Source: a virus (taxonomy: Duplodnaviria > Caudoviricetes). From it: 64,000 nt of DNA. The stretch lies in the IMG/VR virus record IMGVR_UViG_3300033070_001518, positions 16,412 to 80,411 of that record. One strand, written 5' to 3'. A program made the translations under genes and the position numbers. Position 1 is the stretch's first letter. The number at the start of each line of letters is the position of its first letter. This document shows positions 1-9,341 of the stretch, in pieces. Below the pieces are notes generated by a model that made no database searches, was not told the origin of the DNA, and saw only the letters and a list, made by a program, of their open reading frames with translations.

Positions 1-504
1 AATGGCAATTTTAGAGGTGATAAACCAGTTAGTGAAAACTTAGCTGAATATAGAATTGTATCTGCTGATACAGAAGATCAGGCTATCCAGGAGTTTAAGG
101 AAACATATTCAAATTTAAATAATGCAAACTATTGGAAAAAATCAGAATGGCCAAATTTTGCCGCTCATATATATGAGAAGGTCGAGATAAAGAATTTTGA
201 TGTCTATTATTATCCACAAGATACTCCAGTTAATTGCTATGGAACTCCTCCGAATATCTTATTTCCAGAGTCTATTCCATTAAATCAAAGAACTCCTTGG
301 TATCCATATGTAACACCACAAAAGAAATGTGCAAAATTTATTGAACCTCATCCACACAAAGTTAGAAAAGTTGATTGGGTTATTAGACAAAATAGTTTGG
401 ATAACTTCAATAAGGTAAAATCCGGCATTGGTATTAACCTTGCTCCACCAGATCACACTGATGACAGAGATAGAATCTACTACGTGGAGGAAATTAATAT
501 ATAA
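1..504 (+). CDS. Hypothetical protein, 3' part (runs in from left edge)
   Basis: Frame 1 is open from base 1 to TAA at 502-504 (NGNFRGDKPV...YYVEEINI*); not in the ORF track because its start lies outside the window. Confidence 0.8.
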   Translation, partial: NGNFRGDKPVSENLAEYRIVSADTEDQAIQEFKETYSNLNNANYWKKSEWPNFAAHIYEKVEIKNFDVYYYPQDTPVNCYGTPPNILFPESIPLNQRTPWYPYVTPQKKCAKFIEPHPHKVRKVDWVIRQNSLDNFNKVKSGIGINLAPPDHTDDRDRIYYVEEINI

Positions 505-507
505 TTT

Positions 508-2343
508 ATGATAAAATCTATATTTAAAAAAGTAAATAGAGATGTTTTGGTTGAGTGGATCTATGATCCAAATAATGTTGTACTAGAACAATATAAAATA
601 TTAGATGATTCTAGGAATGGTATGAGATCATATATTGGAGGTGATGTGACCATGACTAATAATGATATCACAAGCCAATTAATTGGAATTGATCCAGTTC
701 AGGGAAAATGGGCTAAAATTGATTTATATAAGTTTCCATTTCTATCAGTTCAGGATTTTAGTAGTCCTGGGATCAGACATGATAGATTGAAGATATATTT
801 ACCCTCTAATTTCCAATTTGGAGAGCACCAAGGAGTCTATTTTAAAATTTATACCCTAGACTACCAAAATAAAAAATTGTTCGAGGTATCGAATTTCTTT
901 TTTGATCAGAATGATTTGCAAAAATTAGATATTTTATCGTCTTTCACACCACCTCTTTTATATCAAGATAGGACATGGGATAAATTCATTCAAGTTGACA
1001 TACCATCTATTTATGCTGTTGCTTTGCAGAGAGATGGTGGGTCATCGACCCCCGATTCAATAAATTATAACTTATCTGGACCATCTGGTCTATCACTAAC
1101 AGCGCCAATATTTGTTGATTTTCAATTTGTTAGTAAAATAGTTGATATTGGGTCGACCAAAACATACATAACATCACAAAAATTAACTACTCAGTTTCCG
1201 CAATTGCCACAAATCGAATCTCTTAAATTAGTTATTGAGGAATCAAGCCGTGGTGATTATTTTGAAATCTATCCTGAGTATGATGGTAGTTTTTCAAATT
1301 TTGTTGAATTTATAGATAGTTCTAAGTCAATAAATAAATTTTATATTACTGAATATACCATAACATTATTTGAAGAAAATGTCCGTGGTAGACCAACTAC
1401 GATACTTGTTGAAACTGATGAGGACTTTTCCCAAAAAATAGAATGGAGACCTATCATAAAATATTCAAGTACAAAGGCAATAATTGATGTTGAGATGAAA
1501 TTATTGAATAGGGTTGATGGTACTATAGAAATTATTAGGTCAGCATATGGTATGACCCCGGATCAACTATCAAAGTATTTAATAAATCTTAAAAAAATAC
1601 TAGTTAGAGATACTTTCAAGCCTAAGATATATTCAAAAAAGAAATTGGGTTTTTATGGGTTAGATCAATTGGGGAAATCGCCCCAACCTGAGAATAGGGT
1701 TAAAGTCCCTGTGCCATCTTTGATAAATCTATTAAACATTTCAGCTTTTTCAGAATCAGCTACAAATCGAATTTCCCAAAATAAAATAGAGAACTATCAT
1801 TATTTTGGGAAATTGAAATTAGGAATAAGACCATTTGATAATATTTTTCGATTTCATATTGCATTTAAAACTGTGGACTCGATCACTCCATTGGATTTGA
1901 CGAATTGTCAAGAATTAAAATTAGTTTTTCGAAATGATAAAAATGAAATTGAATTTATTCAATATATGGATCAAAAAACATCTCCTAAAAATGGTGTTTG
2001 TCAATTCAAGGTCCCGGAGTCTAAATTTTTAGACATTAAAAATCTATTAAAGCCATCTACAGAATCTAAGTCAAAATTAAGTTCTAGTAGTTTATTTTAC
2101 ATAACAACTACGAATCAAGGAGTTGTGAATACAATATATTCAGGTATGTTTATAAATCTAGACAGTACAGAAGGCATTGAGGACGGTAATGTTGTTAATA
2201 ACCCTGGCCAAATACCAATTATAATAGAGGATCCAAATCCATCTGATGGAATTGCTATTGTTACAAGAAGAATAAAGGACCTAAAGGATATCCCCACCAT
2301 AAAGAAACCAACAAATCAATCAATCAGGACTAAGAAAAAGTGA
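508..2343 (+). CDS. Hypothetical 611-aa protein, probably virion structural
   Basis: Long ORF preceded by TATATA-N4-ATG and next to a tail-tube-like gene; no recognisable family motif. Confidence 0.55.
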   Translation: MIKSIFKKVNRDVLVEWIYDPNNVVLEQYKILDDSRNGMRSYIGGDVTMTNNDITSQLIGIDPVQGKWAKIDLYKFPFLSVQDFSSPGIRHDRLKIYLPSNFQFGEHQGVYFKIYTLDYQNKKLFEVSNFFFDQNDLQKLDILSSFTPPLLYQDRTWDKFIQVDIPSIYAVALQRDGGSSTPDSINYNLSGPSGLSLTAPIFVDFQFVSKIVDIGSTKTYITSQKLTTQFPQLPQIESLKLVIEESSRGDYFEIYPEYDGSFSNFVEFIDSSKSINKFYITEYTITLFEENVRGRPTTILVETDEDFSQKIEWRPIIKYSSTKAIIDVEMKLLNRVDGTIEIIRSAYGMTPDQLSKYLINLKKILVRDTFKPKIYSKKKLGFYGLDQLGKSPQPENRVKVPVPSLINLLNISAFSESATNRISQNKIENYHYFGKLKLGIRPFDNIFRFHIAFKTVDSITPLDLTNCQELKLVFRNDKNEIEFIQYMDQKTSPKNGVCQFKVPESKFLDIKNLLKPSTESKSKLSSSSLFYITTTNQGVVNTIYSGMFINLDSTEGIEDGNVVNNPGQIPIIIEDPNPSDGIAIVTRRIKDLKDIPTIKKPTNQSIRTKKK

Positions 2344-2353
2344 TATATAAGTT

Positions 2354-2953
2354 ATGAGGCTGCATAGTCAAGGATCCCAATTTGCTTTTAACCTACCTCC
2401 AAATTTAGTACCTAGTGAGATTATACAATCTTATACTCCCATATTGGAAAAAAATTGGATTCAATATGATAATGTAATTGATTATTTAAATTCTACCATT
2501 AAGTCAGTTTCTTTTCCTGGTCTGTCTTTTAATATGCCAAAGCAAAGTTTGATTCGTGGTAAGGTAAGGCAATACAAACCAGCCACAAATATTCAAGATA
2601 TTGTGACTACTAGGCAATTGGATATAACCTTTGCTTCAGTGGATGCTGATATTAATTACTGGTTGATGTTTGACATTGTTTCTAAAAACTACTTAGATGT
2701 GAATCATTTATATGTTAATCCGTTTACAATAACTGCTCTTGATATACACAGAGATGGTATTTATAAAATAGTTTTCTATGAAATTATCTTAAATTCTCTT
2801 GGTGATAATAAATTTGATTATTCTCAACAAAAAGTAACCTCTAAGGAATTCACCATGTCTTTTAATTTTAATTTCTATGGGGTCGAATTCTTATTGGATA
2901 AGTCCAAGGTTCTAGAATTGGGGCAGGTCCCAACTATAATACAGAAAATATAA
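2354..2953 (+). CDS. Tail-tube-fold protein (T4 gp19/gp48/gp54-like)
   Basis: 199 aa with beta-strand pattern IKSVSFPGLSF...LDITF...FTITALD...FTMSFNFNF typical of tube/baseplate-junction proteins; preceded by TATATA-N4-ATG. Confidence 0.6.
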   Translation: MRLHSQGSQFAFNLPPNLVPSEIIQSYTPILEKNWIQYDNVIDYLNSTIKSVSFPGLSFNMPKQSLIRGKVRQYKPATNIQDIVTTRQLDITFASVDADINYWLMFDIVSKNYLDVNHLYVNPFTITALDIHRDGIYKIVFYEIILNSLGDNKFDYSQQKVTSKEFTMSFNFNFYGVEFLLDKSKVLELGQVPTIIQKI

Positions 2954-3691
2954 TTATATTTTTATCCACTCATTTGGGATTATATCAGCATCACTTATAT
3001 TTACATGATCCCCGAACCACTTGGATGGGGATATGATTTTTTTCATTGGATTGATATTAAGCCATGCTCCCCACCAACTAAATGATGAATTTGCTATTAT
3101 ATTATGATCACAACTCGACATCATGGATAGGTCTTCTATTTCACTATTATTTTTGATAAATATCATATTTTTGAAGTTGAAATTTTCTTCACACCAACCA
3201 ATATCATCAGAGAAAATTAACAATTGATTATATTCTCCTAAGTAATCAATTGCATTTTTGTAATATTGGATTGACTGTACTGGATGATATCCATTTGATG
3301 ATATATAATCTGTTCTTCGAACATGGATGGAAATATTTCCATCCTGTTTAGATTTATTGAGACTAAAATCTTTTTTTATTGATTCTTTGGAGTCAATGAA
3401 GTATTTTTCACTTTGCCAATATCCATCAATATAATATGATTTTTTTGGATCTATATTATTTTCTCTATACGAAAATGTATCAAAAATTATATGTTCGTTA
3501 CTTTTTGATTTAGTTTTGCATTCTATTTTGAAATTATTTAATAGAAATTTTCTATTTGTATAACCGTGATTAAGATTGTAAAAGTCTATATCTAAAAAAA
3601 GATCTATTGAGTATTTGAGTGATAAGTGTCTAGAATAAGCATATTGGAACATTTGATTTCCAATACCGCCTTGAATTTTAGAAATTATCAT
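2954..3691 (-). CDS. Alpha-1,2-fucosyltransferase family (GT11)
   Basis: GGIGNQMFQYA, GYWQSEKYF, HVRRTDY, FSDD, IIANSSFSWWGAWL. Confidence 0.93.
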   Translation of the reverse strand: MIISKIQGGIGNQMFQYAYSRHLSLKYSIDLFLDIDFYNLNHGYTNRKFLLNNFKIECKTKSKSNEHIIFDTFSYRENNIDPKKSYYIDGYWQSEKYFIDSKESIKKDFSLNKSKQDGNISIHVRRTDYISSNGYHPVQSIQYYKNAIDYLGEYNQLLIFSDDIGWCEENFNFKNMIFIKNNSEIEDLSMMSSCDHNIIANSSFSWWGAWLNINPMKKIISPSKWFGDHVNISDADIIPNEWIKI

Positions 3692-3697
3692 TTAAGT

Positions 3698-4393
3698 CTA
3701 CCATAGATTTTTATATATTTCATTTTTACCCCCGAAATTGTGAAAGCAAAATGGTTTTATTCCTTGGTAATCATCAAAATGCTCTTCTTGTGAAAAATAT
3801 TTTGCCACATCATATTCAGCAAATTTTATTCCATGATCTAAAAATAGATCTCTATTCCAAATACATATTTGTGTGTCTTCATTGTAATTACCATCTCGAG
3901 CAACCCACGGCATATTATATTTGCTTGGTATTTCTAATAGTTTCTTACTTCTCAATGATATTCCATTACCTACTCTTATTATCTTACCTTCTCTATCTAT
4001 TAGCCAATCCTTAGTATTATTAGTTCCTCTTTCGAATAGATTTTTAAATCCCCATGGTGCTCCAATATAATCATATTCATAGAATTCGTCTTTCCATGAA
4101 TGACCATTTACTACAAATCCATCAGGTTGAATTAATACCATGAAATCAGTATCAATATACTCATGTAGTCTAAATAGAGAATTATAAGACCATTCATCCC
4201 TATTCATTTTATCAATATATTCATATTTGATAAAACTTGGAAGGTTCTTAGGATTTTCATGTGTTATTAATTTAACACACCCAAAATTAACATCCTTACA
4301 ACTATACTTTAGAGCCTCTATTGTATTTTCGATATCAACAGATGTCATTGAAACTAATGTAACATTTCCTAGATTAACTTTAGACATATACAA
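3698..4393 (-). CDS. DUF5672-type glycosyltransferase-like protein
   Basis: QPDGFVVN...W...YDYIGAPW...VGNG.SLRSKKLL...NED...A..FSQE; paralog of 12572-13213. Confidence 0.8.
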   Translation of the reverse strand: MYMSKVNLGNVTLVSMTSVDIENTIEALKYSCKDVNFGCVKLITHENPKNLPSFIKYEYIDKMNRDEWSYNSLFRLHEYIDTDFMVLIQPDGFVVNGHSWKDEFYEYDYIGAPWGFKNLFERGTNNTKDWLIDREGKIIRVGNGISLRSKKLLEIPSKYNMPWVARDGNYNEDTQICIWNRDLFLDHGIKFAEYDVAKYFSQEEHFDDYQGIKPFCFHNFGGKNEIYKNLW

Positions 4394-5168
4394 ATTTATT
4401 TGTTTTTATATCAATTGGAAAGCAACCTAGATGAGGTAAATCATAATTGATCCAGTTTTCAGGTCCCACAGCTATATATTTATCACTAAGCCATGCTGCC
4501 CACCACGAAAAGCTAGAACACGACATTATGCAGTATTTTGAATAGTATAACATTTTAAAATCTACCATCATCTCATTAGAAATGATTTCATATTCTGGTA
4601 GGACATTTTTTGCTACTCTTATATCATCGGTGAGTATTAGAAATTTAATATCATTTTTTTCCTTTTTAATTCTATCTATGGCATCTCGATAATATTTTTC
4701 TGAAGTGTGTGTTTTGCGACCGAGATGGTCTGTTTCTCCAAAAACATAAGCTCTTAAATGTACGTAACAATAATCCTCTATTGGGTACTTATCAAGTAAC
4801 ATTTTTGTATCATTATCCATCTCAATTCTAAACCATTCTTTTATTTGATCTTCGTATCCTACATAATACTTATCTGTTTGGTAATATCCACAAATTCTAG
4901 TATAATCTGAAACATTAAAGATATTTGGATTGTAGGATTGATTTGAACTTTCTTGATAATTTGATGTGCAATTACCGTCTTTAATACCCATATCGATATT
5001 TGGGAAATATTTATGTATATGGTGAGATGGATCTTCTTCATATGGTAATGGATTAGAACCAATGCCAGGAATATAGAAATTGTATTTCCTTTTATCTGCT
5101 ATTATTCTTGCTATTGAATATTGAAACATCTGATTTCCGAGTCTCCCACCTAGTCTAGCTTCTATCAT
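4380..5168 (-). CDS. GT11 family glycosyltransferase
   Basis: GRLGNQMFQY, GYYQ, HLR, TDD, SSFSWWAAWL. Confidence 0.88.
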   Translation of the reverse strand: MIEARLGGRLGNQMFQYSIARIIADKRKYNFYIPGIGSNPLPYEEDPSHHIHKYFPNIDMGIKDGNCTSNYQESSNQSYNPNIFNVSDYTRICGYYQTDKYYVGYEDQIKEWFRIEMDNDTKMLLDKYPIEDYCYVHLRAYVFGETDHLGRKTHTSEKYYRDAIDRIKKEKNDIKFLILTDDIRVAKNVLPEYEIISNEMMVDFKMLYYSKYCIMSCSSFSWWAAWLSDKYIAVGPENWINYDLPHLGCFPIDIKTNKFVYV

Positions 5169-5176
5169 ATTTTATT

Positions 5177-6118
5177 TTAATTGTTTGTGATCGATGTATT
5201 ATTCTTAAAAGAATCACTATTTAAATATTCATATATTTCGTTTATTCCGTAGTTTAAATCATATTTTATTTTATAATCTATAACTTGGTTTATTTTTGAA
5301 AAATTTACTCTATAATCTCTTGGGTCATCCCAATCAACATGATCTATTTTAAAATCTGGCAATCCAATATTTTTGTAATATGACAATAGCTCACTCACTA
5401 TTTGCCCCTTAGTATAATTTAATGAATCACTTCCAAGATTATATACACCTGTTAATTTATTCTCAATAGAAATAATTATCATATTACAAGCATCTTCAAC
5501 ATGGATGTATGGCCTCCAAGATGATTCACTATATACACTTACACCACCACCATTAATTATTTCATATAAAAATTGATTTATTGTTAAATCAACCCTCATT
5601 CTGTGTGAGACTCCAAATAGTGTTGCGCTTCTTAGTACTAATGATCCTTTAGTGTTCTTTAGTATATATTCCTCCGACTTTATTTTTGAATCTGAGTATA
5701 GTCCAAGTGGATTTAGTATTGAATTCTCATCTACTTCTTTTTCGCTTTTTCCGTAGTTTGAACATGTACTTAAATAAACAAATTGTATGTCATTATCATC
5801 ACATAATTTGGATATAAATTCTGATGATTTAGTATTTATCTCATATGTAATATCTTTGTTTTTTTTACAAATTGGTTCACCGACAAGTGCTGCCATATGG
5901 ATAACAATATCATTTTTTAATATCTCATCTCCTATTTTATCAAAGTCTGTAACATCGCCAATTACCAAATTATAGTTATCATTTCCAATGAATGGTCTAT
6001 GTCCATCCTCTCCGAAAGAAAGATTATCATATACAGTAACTTTATCGCCTCTTTCTAAGAATTTTTGAGTTAATTTGGATCCGAAAAATCCAGATCCGCC
6101 GGTAATTAATATATTCAT
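5177..6118 (-). CDS. NAD-dependent nucleotide-sugar epimerase/dehydratase (extended SDR)
   Basis: ITGGSGFFG, HMAALVG, STCSNYG, YSDSK. Confidence 0.9.
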   Translation of the reverse strand: MNILITGGSGFFGSKLTQKFLERGDKVTVYDNLSFGEDGHRPFIGNDNYNLVIGDVTDFDKIGDEILKNDIVIHMAALVGEPICKKNKDITYEINTKSSEFISKLCDDNDIQFVYLSTCSNYGKSEKEVDENSILNPLGLYSDSKIKSEEYILKNTKGSLVLRSATLFGVSHRMRVDLTINQFLYEIINGGGVSVYSESSWRPYIHVEDACNMIIISIENKLTGVYNLGSDSLNYTKGQIVSELLSYYKNIGLPDFKIDHVDWDDPRDYRVNFSKINQVIDYKIKYDLNYGINEIYEYLNSDSFKNNTSITNN

Positions 6119-6122
6119 TTGT

Positions 6123-7373
6123 TTATTTATTTCTAGAATCTCCTATTTTTATTAGATTTACTCCATCTTGTTCTTTTATGTATCTCCACGGGTCAATAAC
6201 AGTTGATCCTATAGGAAATTTATATTCCAAAAAGACATCATGGTTTGTTCCGATAAAAAATATTGATGGTTGTGATAATGGAGGATCTTCACTATCAATC
6301 CATGGATCGTACATTGTCGATTTGATGCCTCTTTCATCTAAAATATTTTTTAAAAGAATAGATGGGCTACCAACCATGAGATTAGTTTCCTTTTTAAAGG
6401 TCTTGCCTAGAATAATTATTGGTAAGTTGATTTTATTTTGCTCTTCTATTAATATGTTAGATAGCCATTCAGTTTGATATTCTCGACACATCATTAGATT
6501 ATCATACCAATCAAAACTCAAATCTACCTTCTTTGATAACCAAGACAGTGCTATGTTGTCGCGAGGATGACAGCCGCCTCCGTCTCCCATCCCACCCAAC
6601 AAATATTTACTACTCATTAACCTCTCGTTAGCTAAAAATAATCCCTTCATGACATTATCACAATTGATATTATCCAATTTATGTGATAATTCCATCACTG
6701 TGTTAGCCAAACACACTTTCATTGTTATGTATGTGTTATATGTGACTTTGATCATTTCCGATTCTTCGATTGTGCATTTATACACAGGCTTATTATGAAT
6801 TGTCGAATAAAACTCTTTTACTACATTGAAAGCGTTATCATCATCGACTCCAAATAAAACAAATTCAGGTGAAATAAAATCTCTAATTGTTGTACCCATT
6901 GCTATAAAAAATGGATTATAACATAGTTTTACATGATCATTTAATAAAGGCTTTATTTCCCTTCTTATAGTTCCAGGTAAAACTGTGGATATTATTACAA
7001 CAATTTTATCATTTCCTTGTTTTTTTATTTCATCTGACAGACTTTTTATTCCATTTTTTAACCAAGTGTAGTCAAAATCCATTCTCTCATCTGGAATTCT
7101 TGTAGATCCTTCATATTTCACACTATGTGGAGTTTGTATCGGAACAAATATTATATCTGAGTTTGAAACCACTTCAGAAATACTTAACCATTTTATATTA
7201 TGGTTTTCAAGCAATTCTTGAGCTCCCTCTTCTCTGTATGGGAGTTTTTTTATTTTTAGAATATTTTCGACATCTGAATTGATATCAAATCCATATACTT
7301 TATGTCCATTCTTCTCGATAGCTAGAGCACATGGCAATCCTAATTTTCCAAGTCCTATAAATCCTATATTCAT
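6123..7373 (-). CDS. UDP-glucose/GDP-mannose 6-dehydrogenase family
   Basis: IGLGKLG, STVLPGT, YNPFF, E..K...N, GGGCHPRD catalytic Cys motif. Confidence 0.9.
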   Translation of the reverse strand: MNIGFIGLGKLGLPCALAIEKNGHKVYGFDINSDVENILKIKKLPYREEGAQELLENHNIKWLSISEVVSNSDIIFVPIQTPHSVKYEGSTRIPDERMDFDYTWLKNGIKSLSDEIKKQGNDKIVVIISTVLPGTIRREIKPLLNDHVKLCYNPFFIAMGTTIRDFISPEFVLFGVDDDNAFNVVKEFYSTIHNKPVYKCTIEESEMIKVTYNTYITMKVCLANTVMELSHKLDNINCDNVMKGLFLANERLMSSKYLLGGMGDGGGCHPRDNIALSWLSKKVDLSFDWYDNLMMCREYQTEWLSNILIEEQNKINLPIIILGKTFKKETNLMVGSPSILLKNILDERGIKSTMYDPWIDSEDPPLSQPSIFFIGTNHDVFLEYKFPIGSTVIDPWRYIKEQDGVNLIKIGDSRNK

Positions 7374-7385
7374 TTTTGTCTTTTA

Positions 7386-7997
7386 TTATTTTTTAACTAT
7401 GATTAGCATATCATCATATCTCCCCTTAACATTTCTCAAGTCCACCATCTCTGGTGAATATTGGGATAGTTTGTTCATTATCAATTGGACTTTATCTGGG
7501 TAATTTCCGTCCACATCCTCAATAACATATGTGCCTCCTTTATTTAATCTATCATATAGAAAATGGAATGTGTTAGCCATATCCTCAAATACATGACTAC
7601 CATCATCGATGATTATATCAAACTTCATATCCCCCAATTCTGAATTAACCTTATTTGTATTATTGATATCAGAGAATATCATTTTTACCCTATTGTCTTC
7701 ATTTTTCCAGATTAAATTATATGGATCAATATCAATACCAACAACATTACTACCTTTATCAAAATATTGATTCCACATATATAAGCTCCAACCTCCCGAA
7801 ATTCCTATCTCTAGAATATTAATAGGATTTCCTAAATACTTATTAAAATGGTCGTGGTATGTTTCAAGATAGCTGTGGATACTGCCCTTGTCAATATCAT
7901 ATTGTGTTGTATTTCTTTCACCATTTGTACCTGGTTCTTTTCCTGTATATTCTGTGATAAATTTTCTTGATTTTTCCCACACTTCTCTTAGTATCAT
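7386..7997 (-). CDS. Class I SAM-dependent (sugar O-) methyltransferase
   Basis: ILEIGISGG, VGIDID, FDIIIDDGSH, GGTYVIED. Confidence 0.88.
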   Translation of the reverse strand: MILREVWEKSRKFITEYTGKEPGTNGERNTTQYDIDKGSIHSYLETYHDHFNKYLGNPINILEIGISGGWSLYMWNQYFDKGSNVVGIDIDPYNLIWKNEDNRVKMIFSDINNTNKVNSELGDMKFDIIIDDGSHVFEDMANTFHFLYDRLNKGGTYVIEDVDGNYPDKVQLIMNKLSQYSPEMVDLRNVKGRYDDMLIIVKK

Positions 7998-8005
7998 AAT
8001 TAAAT

Positions 8006-8578
8006 TTATTTTTTTGCTAATAAAACTCCAGCATGGGGAGCGTTAACATAGGTGAATTTTCCCTCACCATAGATAGTAAATCCCCATTCTTGAAATTTTC
8101 TTATAAAATTATCTAAAATATCATATGTATGATACTCAAGAGCAAAGACTTCAACTGAGTTCATGTCTTCTTTTGTTAGAGTATAAAAGTTTGTTTCGTA
8201 TCCCTCGATGTCACATTTAATAGCTGTGACATTATTATCCTTAATTAGAGATATCAAGTCTTCGGGAGACTGTATCATCTTCCATATAAATGTATATTTA
8301 TTATCATTATTTAATGAATTATCTTTTACAAATTTTTTCAATCTCTCTATTTCACTTGGTTCGTTATTCCAAGTATTTATAAGTGGACCTCCCTGTGGAT
8401 TGCCATCAATACCTATTACCTTTGCAGCGGTACTTCCTAAAAAAATTGGACTTTGTTGAAATTCATCTATGTGAGCGATAGCTCTACCACATCCAAGATC
8501 TAAGAGAATTTTTCCGTTCATATCTAAGTGAGGCCAATGATCAACTGAGTTCTCTGTTGTAATATTAAATTTTATCAT
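8006..8578 (-). CDS. SAM-dependent methyltransferase-like protein (FkbM-like C-terminus)
   Basis: ILLDLGCG, VIGID, IKCDIEGYE, LEYH. Confidence 0.65.
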   Translation of the reverse strand: MIKFNITTENSVDHWPHLDMNGKILLDLGCGRAIAHIDEFQQSPIFLGSTAAKVIGIDGNPQGGPLINTWNNEPSEIERLKKFVKDNSLNNDNKYTFIWKMIQSPEDLISLIKDNNVTAIKCDIEGYETNFYTLTKEDMNSVEVFALEYHTYDILDNFIRKFQEWGFTIYGEGKFTYVNAPHAGVLLAKK

Positions 8579-9341
8579 ATTTCATTTTTATTTTATTGGA
8601 TATTAAATTGTTAATTTCAAGCATTAATTCTTTCTTTGTGTGAAGATATCCATTAGAATTAAACTTGGTCATATAATTATAATCAATTTTATCACCAAAA
8701 ATTATCTTACTTTTATTTTTTGGAAATAGTGATACTAGGTCAGATGTTTCAATTGGTTCTGTAAATAGATTAAATAAAATCTCATTTGGATATTTCTTGG
8801 ATAGATTTTCAATATCACTATGTAAATTATCTAAATTATACCATTGATATCTAGAATTTATATTTATATCAAAATCTTTTTCATTTATCAAATCGAATAA
8901 TATATTCTTTTTAAGAAGATTATTGAACAGAGCTCCAAGTCTGAATATTTTAAGATCATCACATTTAACAAATTCTCTGACCATCAATTCAAATAGGTAT
9001 CGGTTACTTCCATATTCTAGTTTAGAAATATTTGGTTTATAGTCCTCTTTGCTTCCAATAGGAGAATCAGTATAGACATCTATTGTTGAGATTAATGTAA
9101 CTGATGAGTATTTTTTTTTCGATATAATATTTATGATATTTATGATATTATTAAAATCATCAAGTATATTTTTATTGATTATTCGTTTAGAAGATGGTAA
9201 ACATGATAAAAAAATATCATCCCCATCATTTACAATATCATCAAAGGTATTAATATTACTACTATTAAAATGATGATCGAATTCTCTCGATTGCATAATA
9301 GTTTGTCCAACCAATCCGTTATATCCTACTATTATTTTCAT
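8565..9341 (-). CDS. Atypical SDR / nucleotide-sugar oxidoreductase
   Basis: VGYNGLVG Rossmann motif, ISTIDVY, YG.NR, IFRLGALF; lies in the sugar operon. Confidence 0.7.
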   Translation of the reverse strand: MKIIVGYNGLVGQTIMQSREFDHHFNSSNINTFDDIVNDGDDIFLSCLPSSKRIINKNILDDFNNIINIINIISKKKYSSVTLISTIDVYTDSPIGSKEDYKPNISKLEYGSNRYLFELMVREFVKCDDLKIFRLGALFNNLLKKNILFDLINEKDFDININSRYQWYNLDNLHSDIENLSKKYPNEILFNLFTEPIETSDLVSLFPKNKSKIIFGDKIDYNYMTKFNSNGYLHTKKELMLEINNLISNKIKMKYDKI